From: Glycera tridactyla
Taxonomy: Eukaryota
Length of the DNA: 64,000 nt
Reading direction: 5' to 3'
Assembly (NCBI GenBank): GCA_965644265.1
Contig: OZ286461.1
Coordinates: 36,456,001-36,520,000 of the forward strand
In this document: piece after piece, positions 1 to 9,806 of the stretch
Layout: every line of letters starts with the position of its first letter
How positions within the stretch are numbered: the stretch's first letter is position 1
Program-made: the position numbers and the translations under genes
The notes under the pieces: model-generated
What the model was told of the DNA's origin: nothing
What the model saw: the letters and a program-made list of their open reading frames with translations, nothing else
Databases searched by the model: none

Positions 1-239
1 ATTCATTCTTCATCCCAAATTCCAGTAATCAGCTAATTATCTTGTGTGAATTCCGACATGCCACAGACCTCCGTAAACAAGTATCACTCGAACGCATTCG
101 AACACACCCGTTGTGCTTTTCAGGATTCTATATATTCTAGATGGAAGTGTGTGGGAGAAAGTGAGTTTGAACAGCATGGACATACACGATTCGTTAGACC
201 GAAAGAAAGTCTTTTGAAAATGTGGAGCCATTCCGAGCT

Positions 240-1450
240 ATATGATGAATTGGAAATATCGTTAATTCAAGACAACCAGGATAGAAATGAGTCTCTTACC
301 ACGATCAACTTACAGGGCGTTTGATCCAGTGATTGGATTTCCCTCCTAATAATCCATGTAAGTGTTCAAGATTAAGAATTTGGCTGGCCACTCCCAAAGT
401 GAACTATATTTATATCCAAAATTATTGGAGCAGCACATAGGTTTCATGGGTAATTCATCCATGTCAAGGCCATGGGCTTGACATCGAGTTCATCCCCAGG
501 ATTCCTCTGAGAGACAGAGAGAGGGTCATTGGCGATACGATTCAAAAACATTGCACAAAACATTCGGGCACCTAGCCATTCATGTCAGACTTTGATGTTT
601 TACGCCCAGTTCATTCCTAGAATATGATCAGGCGGACTTCTTGGAAATATTGGGATAGACCAAGGGACTTCGGTGCTTAAATTCAGAGATATTGCTCTTG
701 CATTGTTCTATGCACAGCAAATGCACACTTGTTATATTTTTTTATACACAGTGGTTTTGTGACTTCTCCGGAGGTTTCATGATCTCGAAGATATTCTCCC
801 CAATTGGGAATGTATTGCATGGACGCTGATGTATGATTTCTCGCCCTGTACTTGGTGTCTTGCAGGAACTCCATTATTGGAAAATTGATATATTCACTGT
901 AGTTGTGTGAATCTGCTCTGCCGTTTCAAATCAATACTTTGATGATGCTTTCGGATGAGCCCCTGCGATTCTCTCGAATTAGGTGACCTCAGGAGATTAA
1001 TAGCCAGTTCAGAAGAATAATCCCAATGATTGCAAATGCAGATGTCCCTTGTACTCATGAGCCTGATTTGTACGATCATGTAAACATGTGTTTTTTGTTT
1101 GTCTGGGGCTTACCAGTTTGTATCGACCCAAAGGATTATGTATGTCGTGTGTTCCTTGTCGATGAAATTTACATGCATGAGCCTGAGCGGCTGACAAGTG
1201 CAAACTGACACTGCAGACACACCTGTACCTACCCGATGTGACCAGAATAAATCTAATGATGACATATCAACCTATGTAACTGACTCGGAGATGACAATCA
1301 GCCTGCTAGCGATGCTTTCCTTCCAAGCAAAGCACAGCATTCGAAACAAGGACAAGCCTTAGGTCAGGAAATATTCAAACAATGTGTTCTATTACGAACT
1401 TCTACTTCTACCATCAGGGGTGTCCTCTGCTCATTATACAATGGCATCAT
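240..1450 (-). mobile_element. Decayed piggyBac-like transposase remnant
   Basis: Broken minus-strand frames give, in the expected order, HWDYSSELAINLL (cf. piggyBac DNWYTSxxLAxxLL) and TSGEVTKPLCIKKYNKCAFAVHRTMQ (cf. KPxxIxxYNxxMGGVDxxDQ). The region has many stops and frameshifts, no TIRs were found and the boundaries are approximate. Confidence 0.45.
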
Positions 1451-2340
1451 TCTAGCTATTTGACCAAGTTACGGTCGTGGTAACTCAGAATTGGTGTGCA
1501 TAGGGTCCGCTTCTCTCAGAGTGACAATATCTCCTACAGGCAAATCAGCAGCCACCGACACCTGAAACCATTGATAGAAAATGCCAAAAAAAAAACAGAT
1601 GAAGGCAGAGAACTTTGAAAGTATGTTGACATTCACCCCCCCCCCCTCCCCCACACACAGTCACCAACAACTATTGAGAAAAAGAGACCCTGGACTCACA
1701 CTGTTCATAGACAAACAGACTTGCAATCATACATACGTTGGGAATATACATCATTGTGATTCTCATATCTAGAGCATCATTACATCATTGGCATAGGGAT
1801 GGGTCACTCCTTCAAGCAAATGGAATTTATAACGTTAATGAGAATGCTGTGCCCGATGATACAGACCATCCAATTTAATAATAGGCTCAGCAGCAGTGAA
1901 TAGCGAATTGCATGACATCAATCCTAGCTATACACAATGCTCGTATCTCCACCATGCCTCATCCCCACTGACAAGCATAGTTACTGGTTATTATGGCAGC
2001 TAGACCTTCTTTCCCCACAAAAATGCAAGCAATTCCCTGCGTAGGCTCCACCGAAGAATATCTAGTTGGTATTGTCATGGGTCCATAGAACACGTCTTTC
2101 CAATAAGAATATGACCTGAAGAAAAATTGTGGAACTCAACCATTAGTTCCATCTAGACTGCTGAGTCTATATATCTATAAAATCTATGTGCTTTATATTT
2201 TGGGAGTATTCAAATATTCTACAATACTCCTTTATTGACATTTTTCGCACTATTGGAATGAATTGTAATCTTCACACCAGAATATGACAATCGTCATTGT
2301 ATCACACACTCTCTAAATTCCAATCATTTCCGTCGGGCCT

Positions 2341-2650
2341 GCCTTGGTGGCTCAGTGGCAGCATGCTGGGCTGGCGTGCAATGGGTCTGGGGTTCAATCC
2401 CCGGTCCTACCATGCAGGAATGTTTCACCCTTCATCTTTGCTCCTCCTTGGCAGGTGGTCTGATCCCCAATTTCCCAATCATTTGAATTGTTGTATCAGG
2501 CATACGGGGCGGGCCACCGGAGATCGTTCTGGAAACGTTCCGACCATGTGGCCATTGATCTGTCCACCGATAGGACATAGGTACCCTCGCCCTAGAGACA
2601 AAGGTCTGTTTGAATGTCTCAGCCATATAGAATACATTCGAAAATTAGTT
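2341..2650 (+). mobile_element. tRNA-derived SINE (head clear, 3' boundary uncertain)
   Basis: Pol III A box TGGCTCAGTGG (2348-2358) and B box GGTTCAATCC (2391-2400) at tRNA-like spacing, with a T-stem-like CTGGG/CCCGG. The acceptor stem does not pair, so this is not a functional tRNA. Confidence 0.6.
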
Positions 2651-2806
2651 TCTGTCCATCCCCTTGACTCTAACAAGCTGCAGATGACGAGTTGATGGTT
2701 ACTAGACAACTATCATGAGCAACTCGCCTGACAACCAACCCTCTCTAATTATCGGTAATGGTCGACGAGTGACGCACCGGATCGTGTGTGGATAAATCAG
2801 TCAAAA

Positions 2807-5800
2807 ATGCCGTCTGGAAATCCGTCCAAGACTAAAAGACAGCGCGACCAGCAACATGAAGATGTCAAGAATGCAGAGGATGCACGTACAGTAGGCGATA
2901 GCATAATCGGGCACATGTGGAACCAAGTAAAACAGAAGACTCTGCCGGCAACGGGCGATAATGGAGGAAATGTCCCGGGCAAAGATTCAAACCTCGCAGC
3001 CCTGCCTAAGCCGAGCCAACCAGGTCAGTTACCCCAACCTTCTCATGCTATTCAGCCTGCTAGTCAGCAAGAGAACCTAGTTAGTGAGCCGTCACCGCCA
3101 CGGAGCTGTGACGGTGACAACAAACAGTACCGGCTCTCGTTAGTCAACCACCCGTTGACGCCTCCCCCACCGCCACCGCCGCCGCCAGTGAAGAGCACCA
3201 GCACGGCCGCTCGCGGTGGGTACCCTGACTCGCCTCTAACACCTCTGTCGCGTAAATCTAACCAAATCATCTCTCATGCCATACATGAAACAGTGAACCA
3301 AACCTTCCAATCGTCCCAAGATAACGACCATACTAACCTGACCGAAAATGCTGCAGGTGATCGGACGAAAGACCCTGTCCGAAATCTACTTAGTGAGCTC
3401 GAGCGAGCCTCACCAAAAGGCGCAGACTCAAGGGCCCGCGTTGCCACCACGGCCACCAACGAGACCGCCACTGCCGCCGCCATTGCCGCCGCCAACAAAA
3501 CCATCACTGCCACCGCCGACAAAACCTCAGTCCCTATCACCGCTACCACAGCCCCTGCTACTGCCAAGCTATTAACACCAATGGCCACGGCCAGTCAAGG
3601 CAGCATAATGCTAACGGGAGACATAGCTTTCCAAGTTGACAGCATAATCACAGATCCACAATTAGGCACTCAAGCAACAATAAAGAAAGGAAAAAAACGA
3701 GGCGTCTCTGTATCACCAGACGACCTCGGGCAGGTAGAAAAACCTAGTAGCAGACGTAAGAAGAAACAAAGACAGAGGAGTGACAGTCATAACCCGGGCA
3801 ATAGCTGTGGCAGTAACTCAGACAGCAACTCTGATGATGATGATGATAATGACACTGACATGGAAGAAGACCACCTAGAAGACCAAATGGAAGTGGTGGG
3901 ATCCCAAACAGGCAAGGCACCTGATAACAGAGAGCCATTCAGAGGAATACCAAACAATCTCAACCAACCCTTCGACAGACTCCTGAACGGGATGCCTGAG
4001 AATACGACAACAAGCCCACCTGGACAGCAGCATGTCCCAATCTCACTTGCACAGACTAAATCTGACATACTCGCTGAGCTAAAAACGAACATTGAACTTG
4101 ATATGAAAATGAAACTAGAAGTGGAACTAACCGAAAAAATACGCAAAAAGATAATGCAAGACATCAGCAGCGAATTCCTGAATCTGACAAATCAACTGAG
4201 GAAACTCAACAGAGAAGTGAGCGAAAACTCTCGGACTATAGTCATGCTGAAAAGCAACCTGGAAAAAATATCCGGCAACGGAGCTGCGACAACAAGTGCG
4301 CCCCAGACAGGACCCATACAAGAGGACCTCGGAGCCACCTCCAGTATCCTGAATCGAGTTGAAAATCTAGAACTCTCTGATCGCCTGACCACGGTCATCA
4401 TCGATGGAATTGACGTAAACCACAACATCTCGCTGATAGATAACGTGGGCTACGAGTTACAGGAAGCTTTGGATGTTAATCTGTCACCATCAGATTTCGT
4501 GAAATGTTCCCTGATTGGTAAACGTGACGAAAAGGGACGACGATCCATACTCACAAAACTGAAAGATGCAGAGCTGAAGCGTCACCTCATGAAATGCAAA
4601 GGTCAACTGAGGGGGACCGATATCTACATCAAGGAGTTCCTAACCACCAAGAACAATAAGGTCTATTACGAGGCCTGCCAGGCGAAAAAGAACAAACTCC
4701 TCGACCGAGTCTGGACACATGATGGGCTTGTATGGGCCCAAGAGCAGCCTGACTCCAAACCAGGCGTGCTTTCCGACCCAAGCATTCTCCGATCTATTAA
4801 TGAGGAGCTAGGACGGGGAAAAGGGGGCAGACTAAGCGTATTCGACCATCAACATAAGAGAGATGACGAAGTTCCCCATGAAAGACTGGACGAAGTGGGT
4901 GAGGCACGTAAGAACCCAGACCAAATTCAGCCTGACAACATCAATAGGCGGCAGCAGGGATACCGCCAAGGCAACCGCCATGACCACACCCACTACCACA
5001 AAAATAACAGGAGTAGCGACCTCAGAAATGACCGCCAGAGTCACAATGATAGTCGCGAACACCCACCCAGCAACAATGACTATGGGAGCCACGTAAGCAG
5101 GAGGGATAAAAGTTACAACGATGGTCGTGATCGCCGAAGGCGTGATAATAGTAAGGAGTACCAGCACTCCAACAATCCCCCCAATCAATCAATCAATCAA
5201 TTAGTACAGAGAGGTGGCAGATCAGAATCTCCTAGACGGGGCAGAGACAGAGACTGCGAAAAGCAGTTAGGATATCAGAGCAACTACACTAGTAACGAAC
5301 GTGATAGACGTGATGAGTATCAACGCAGACGACACCGTGACGGAAACTTCTCAGGCCGACAGGCCCACTCGGGAAATCGAGCGCAGAACCAGAGAGGGGC
5401 CGCATTGCCTGAGCAAAGCGTCATGAGCAACCACTCCCGCGGCAACAACAACAACAGGCAATCCTCGTATAGACAGCGCTGCATGAACGCATGGAGGATC
5501 CAAGGAACGAGCGGTGCATGGAAAAATAAAGCTACCATCAAGACAACGAGTGGCTGGACCTATCGCACAATAACTACAATTAATATAATCATGAGCCTAC
5601 AACCCATGTACAAGAGGAGCGTGACTAGGATCTACCCACCGAAAAGGATCATAACCACAGAGGACAGAGTTATACGTGATGAAAGGATTGCCAAATTCAA
5701 ATCAGGCTATCTGGATGCGGCTCGGATCACCGTGAGTAAATTCGGACTCCCCAAAGTCCGGTTAGTGGGTGCCTCCCATGCAACAAAACTAATGAACTAC

Positions 5801-6526
5801 ATCACAGATATGGATGACGACAACATCCTGTCTGGTTTCGTGAACGCCGAGTCAGTGAAATCACTTGCAGTCGGGGGGACCAAATTCTGGACATTTCGCG
5901 ATGATGTCCGAGGCAGGGAAATGTCAGTAACGAAAATGATGCGTTACGGAAACCAGTGGGACTCCCCAGAAATGAAAAAGCTCAGACCTGACATAATATT
6001 GCTACTACTCGGATCCAACGATGCTGATGATGCTAACTCGCACCAAGAACAAATCAGGAAAAACAATACGAAGTACAACTATGCGTGGAAGGGGCCCATA
6101 GAGGCGGAGATTTGGCGAGACCAACTTTACCAGGAACTAGACGAGACCATGACATTCCTGAGATCACGTTACCCGAATGCCCCATGTGGCATAATACCCA
6201 TATTCCCGAGAAAATGGTGGTGTAGTGGAGCACGAAAACTTGCGTGGTCACTAAATAAGCACCTATACCAAGATCTCTGGAAGTCACACCATACACGCCT
6301 ACTCATAACAAGGTCACTCTATTATGAGGAAATACCACCCACTGGAGACAACGACAACATAGTCAGTAGCTTTCTGAGAATAGACAATCTCCACTTAAAT
6401 GATAATGGACACTGGATACTGCTACACGACCTCCTGCCAACCATTATGGACTGGTGGAAAAACAAACAAATGCCAGAACACCCAGAGAGCGGGACAGATA
6501 GTCGCAAAAGAAGAAATCAGCGATGA
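2807..6526 (+). CDS. LINE ORF1-like protein, 1239 aa: disordered N-terminus, coiled coil, L1/Tnp22-type RRM+CTD, R/D/N/H-rich linker, SGNH (GDSL-like) esterase
   Basis: Uninterrupted 3.7-kb frame with first ATG at 2807 (AAAAATGC). Heptad-rich segment ILAELKTNIELDMKMKLEVELTEKIRKK...LEKIS; RRM/CTD-type signature VIIDGI...GRRSILTKL...LRGTDIYIKEFLT...VWTHDG; SGNH blocks VGASH, AVGGT, LLGSND and DNLHLNDNG; basic NLS-like runs RRKKKQRQR and RKRRNQR. Confidence 0.85.
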   Translation: MPSGNPSKTKRQRDQQHEDVKNAEDARTVGDSIIGHMWNQVKQKTLPATGDNGGNVPGKDSNLAALPKPSQPGQLPQPSHAIQPASQQENLVSEPSPPRSCDGDNKQYRLSLVNHPLTPPPPPPPPPVKSTSTAARGGYPDSPLTPLSRKSNQIISHAIHETVNQTFQSSQDNDHTNLTENAAGDRTKDPVRNLLSELERASPKGADSRARVATTATNETATAAAIAAANKTITATADKTSVPITATTAPATAKLLTPMATASQGSIMLTGDIAFQVDSIITDPQLGTQATIKKGKKRGVSVSPDDLGQVEKPSSRRKKKQRQRSDSHNPGNSCGSNSDSNSDDDDDNDTDMEEDHLEDQMEVVGSQTGKAPDNREPFRGIPNNLNQPFDRLLNGMPENTTTSPPGQQHVPISLAQTKSDILAELKTNIELDMKMKLEVELTEKIRKKIMQDISSEFLNLTNQLRKLNREVSENSRTIVMLKSNLEKISGNGAATTSAPQTGPIQEDLGATSSILNRVENLELSDRLTTVIIDGIDVNHNISLIDNVGYELQEALDVNLSPSDFVKCSLIGKRDEKGRRSILTKLKDAELKRHLMKCKGQLRGTDIYIKEFLTTKNNKVYYEACQAKKNKLLDRVWTHDGLVWAQEQPDSKPGVLSDPSILRSINEELGRGKGGRLSVFDHQHKRDDEVPHERLDEVGEARKNPDQIQPDNINRRQQGYRQGNRHDHTHYHKNNRSSDLRNDRQSHNDSREHPPSNNDYGSHVSRRDKSYNDGRDRRRRDNSKEYQHSNNPPNQSINQLVQRGGRSESPRRGRDRDCEKQLGYQSNYTSNERDRRDEYQRRRHRDGNFSGRQAHSGNRAQNQRGAALPEQSVMSNHSRGNNNNRQSSYRQRCMNAWRIQGTSGAWKNKATIKTTSGWTYRTITTINIIMSLQPMYKRSVTRIYPPKRIITTEDRVIRDERIAKFKSGYLDAARITVSKFGLPKVRLVGASHATKLMNYITDMDDDNILSGFVNAESVKSLAVGGTKFWTFRDDVRGREMSVTKMMRYGNQWDSPEMKKLRPDIILLLLGSNDADDANSHQEQIRKNNTKYNYAWKGPIEAEIWRDQLYQELDETMTFLRSRYPNAPCGIIPIFPRKWWCSGARKLAWSLNKHLYQDLWKSHHTRLLITRSLYYEEIPPTGDNDNIVSSFLRIDNLHLNDNGHWILLHDLLPTIMDWWKNKQMPEHPESGTDSRKRRNQR

Positions 6527-6618
6527 TATGAGAGGAGGCTCAAACAACGGCAACACGAAAGAGACGCGACGGTTCGTGCACACCACAACCAAGACTGAGA
6601 CGACGTCGGACATAGTCT

Positions 6619-7486
6619 GCCACAAGTGAAACCAATATAGCGACACCTGGCGGCGACCATAGTCATTAGCGTCTTAATAGTCATCCTGGACCACACCTGG
6701 AGGCACACCTTCAAGCCTGCCACCTAATGAAGCCACCAAACGACTTAATCGCTTGGTAGGTGCTCAAACTGAAACAACGTCGGGCATAGTCTGCTACAGG
6801 GGAAACCTTGATAGTGACACCTGGCGGCGACTAGAGTCAGTAGAGTCCTCATAGTCAACTGAGGAACCGTTACAATAGGAAAGTACGCCAAGGGTGGAAC
6901 CTTCTGGGCTACACCTGGAGGCACACCTGCCACCTGACAACAACAGCATTCGGTAGAGTCTTAACACTGCATCAAACCATGGCCACCACAGGTGAATCCT
7001 TATGGGTGACATCTGGCGGCGGCTAGGAAAGCACCTACCAAACAGCCAGTAGTTTTACCAACTGGTGACCGAGGATGAAACGCGTCAGCCTGCCACAGGT
7101 GAAATCTCATGGACGACACCTGGCGGCGACCAGACGCCACCTGCTACAAGGCATCTCACCGGGAAAACGAGGACCCGTCCAGTAATTACTGTAAATTTGC
7201 CAAAAGTGAAACCTTCTGGGGGACACCTTGTGGCGACTAGACAGTAATCTACCAATGGGCCGTACAGCCCACCATCGACTTAGTATTCAAGCATGCCCAG
7301 ATTGAACTGTACCGAACATCGATTTCTTACAGTCATCAAATATGGACCCGGACCCTGGACTCTGACACACACACGCACGCATAGATATGCAAAGACCACA
7401 CCCCCAACAACATCGAGCAGACAGACACATACACAACGGCAGAAATGTACGCATGAACACAGATGCACAGGCAAGCATGGACACGG

Positions 7487-7530
<44 letters not shown>

Positions 7531-7960
7531 CCGACACACAATCAAGTGTGATGAGAGAAGAATCACAACAACATAAACACACCACCAACACCACCAAACG
7601 GACACACACAGAAACAATGGCCCAGATGCACACACGATTACAGACACACACGCACGCACGAACACACCCACACACACACACATACATATAGGAGAAGAAC
7701 AAAAACACATCGACACGCGCACAAACACATGTCAGTTCTACCAAGTCACGCGCACGCACGCGCACACATGTGCATATACGCTATCGAGCACCACAGACAC
7801 CCGAATGTCAATTCTCCAGTAGTGACTGTAAATCTGCCAAAAGTGAAACCTTCTGGGGACACCTTGTGGCGTCTAGACAGTAATCTACTAATGGGTCGTT
7901 CAGCTCCCCATCGACTAGTATTCGATCACAAGTGATACCTCCTGGGTGATACCTGGTGGT
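6619..7960 (+). repeat. Dispersed array of eight ~39-bp bipartite motifs, consensus GCCACARGTG-N13-GACACCTGGCGGCGAC
   Basis: Copies at 6619, 6793, 6887, 6985, 7092, 7199, 7836 and 7925, all in one orientation. The internal spacer is 13 nt (12 in one copy) while most of the intervening sequence differs. An extra half site CACACCTGGAGGC lies at 6692. Confidence 0.9.
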
Positions 7961-8669
7961 TCCACATCGAGCAACTGCAGCGATGACTACGCCAGCTACA
8001 ATAACATTGCCTCACCACAATCAGTACAACTGAATGCCTAGTGACTCAGCCTACCGTTCAAGCCGCCAGGATCAGGCAGCGCCATGACAACCAGGGGCAT
8101 CCAACCAGAAGAATCATGGCCCCACACCTGCCCAGGCCATGGCCGGCTAATTGAATGGGACCATAGCATGCTCAGACTGAAATGTACCGAACAACGATTT
8201 CTTACATGGACCCGGACCATGGACTCTGACACTCACACGCACGCACAGAAATACAAAGACCACACCCCCAACAACATCAAGCAGACAGACACATACACAA
8301 TGGCAGAAATGTACGCATGAACACAGATGCACAGGCAAGCATGGACACAGTCACACACACACAGACACACACACCCACACACAGCCGACATACGATCAAC
8401 TACGATGAGAGAAGAACTACAACAACATAACCATACCACCAACACCACCAAACAAACACACACAGAAACAATGGCCCAGATGCATACACGATTACAGACA
8501 CAGATGGGTGCATGAACACACCCACACACACACACACATATAGGAAAAGAACAGAATCACATCGACACGCACACAAACACATGTCAGTTCTACCCAGTCA
8601 CGCGCATGCGCGCACACACATGCGCATATGCACTATCGAGCACCACAGACATCCGAATGTCAATTCTCC
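7186..8669. repeat. Nested diverged duplications X-Y-X'-Z-Y'
   Basis: X 7186-7279 matches X' ~7823-7923. The CA-rich block Y 7280-7818 matches Y' 8165-8669; both start GCATGC(C/T)CAG and end CCGAATGTCAATTCTCCA, with scattered substitutions and indels. Confidence 0.9.
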
Positions 8670-8817
8670 ATTTGTCGTGACAGGTATCCATGTGTCCTTA
8701 CATTTTCAATAACTTGGTGCATCAATATTATGCATGAGAAGCAGATCACAGCAGTCCAAGTCCCGTTTTTCGAGGCCGGGCGAGCAATTTGATACAATCA
8801 CATGACCTGATTCTGAC

Positions 8818-8984
8818 CTGAAGTGATTGATCCGATCTATGTCTGAACCACGTATTCTAACTCTAATTTTACACCAAGGTTGAACTGATCTCTGATTGAA
8901 CTGAAGTGATTGATCCGACCTATGTCTGAATCACGCATTCTAACTCTAATTTTTACACCTAGGTTAAACTGATCTCTGATTGAA
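8818..8984. repeat. 83-bp tandem duplication (2 copies)
   Basis: CTGAAGTGATTGATCCGA...GATCTCTGATTGAA at 8818-8900 and 8901-8984. Confidence 0.95.
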
Positions 8985-9386
8985 TTGAGCCAGGTATAGA
9001 TCCTCGACTTTGATCCAAGTTCTAGAAATCTAGAATCCCCGAATCAAATCTCAATCACTCGAACCACTTGAATTGACGGGCGTGATCGAACCTCCGTACT
9101 CTTCATTTGTGGTGTTCTTGATCCCAACACAGGATCAGACCGAAACCTCGGATCACTTGGCTCTGTATTTACGAATTTGGAACTGTGAACTCGAGATTGA
9201 AACTCCTTGGAGTTCTTGGAATTTTTTTTGTAAATTTTGAAGTTGAAAATTGAATCACGAATTTTAAATCTTGAATTCTTGGAATTCCGGAAACTGGATC
9301 AAGTACTCCCGTGCTGGTAGTTTCACACGAAGGCCAGTTCTTCCATGTATGTATAGTGTGTACGGTGTAGCAATCACTCACGCTCC

Positions 9387-9458
9387 TCTTATCCCACCTC
9401 CTATCCCACCTCTTATCCCACCTCCTATCCCACCTCTTATCCAATCTCCTATACCATC
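9387..9458. repeat. 12-bp minisatellite x6 with alternating TCTT/TCCT variants
   Basis: TCTTATCCCACC and TCCTATCCCACC alternate; the last two copies are degenerate. Confidence 0.9.
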
Positions 9459-9575
9459 TTATAGCCCATCCTTTTGCCATCTCACCTCGTACCATGTACC
9501 AATCGATCAAACAAATAGCATTCCCCCTTCTGCCGATTAGAGCAACTGAAGCCATAATATTGCCTGGTTGCATGA

Positions 9576-9806
9576 ATGAGTCTACTCTGTTCCGCTGTTC
9601 CACTGCAAACATTACAGGAAGCAACAGACAGTGACGCACTGACTGACAGAATGGACACAATCAAGTATAATTTATCCACACACACCACATACACGCCACA
9701 CACACACAAGATCTCCACACGTGAACCCGTCTACCCGCCGCGTCAACCATCCTCCAGAGAAGTCGATCGAGTCAGACCCATATCTGAAATTGACCCATTC
9801 GTATGA
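9576..9806 (+). CDS. Putative 76-aa upstream ORF whose stop overlaps the ORF2 start (ATGA)
   Basis: TGA at 9804-9806 overlaps ATG at 9803-9805. No recognisable domain; whether it is translated is unknown. Confidence 0.3.
   Translation: MSLLCSAVPLQTLQEATDSDALTDRMDTIKYNLSTHTTYTPHTHKISTREPVYPPRQPSSREVDRVRPISEIDPFV

Noticed and set aside
2341-2412. Functional tRNA gene
   Set aside because: A and B boxes are present, but the acceptor stem does not pair and the anticodon arm is not well formed; treated as a SINE head.
2786-2806. GTG start given in the ORF track for the 1246-aa ORF
   Set aside because: In a eukaryote the ATG at 2807, in an A-rich context, is the likelier start.
3274-5541. Antisense ORFs within ORF1
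   Set aside because: They are shadows of the low-complexity, codon-biased sense ORF and have no recognisable domains.
6619-7960. CRISPR-like appearance (conserved ~39-bp repeats separated by variable sequence)
   Set aside because: The context is eukaryotic, there are no cas genes, repeats are degenerate, spacing is irregular (89-637 bp), and some spacers are paralogous to each other.
7287-8712. His/Thr- and Cys/Val-rich ORFs
   Set aside because: They are translations of the (CA)n-rich duplicated blocks, not genes.
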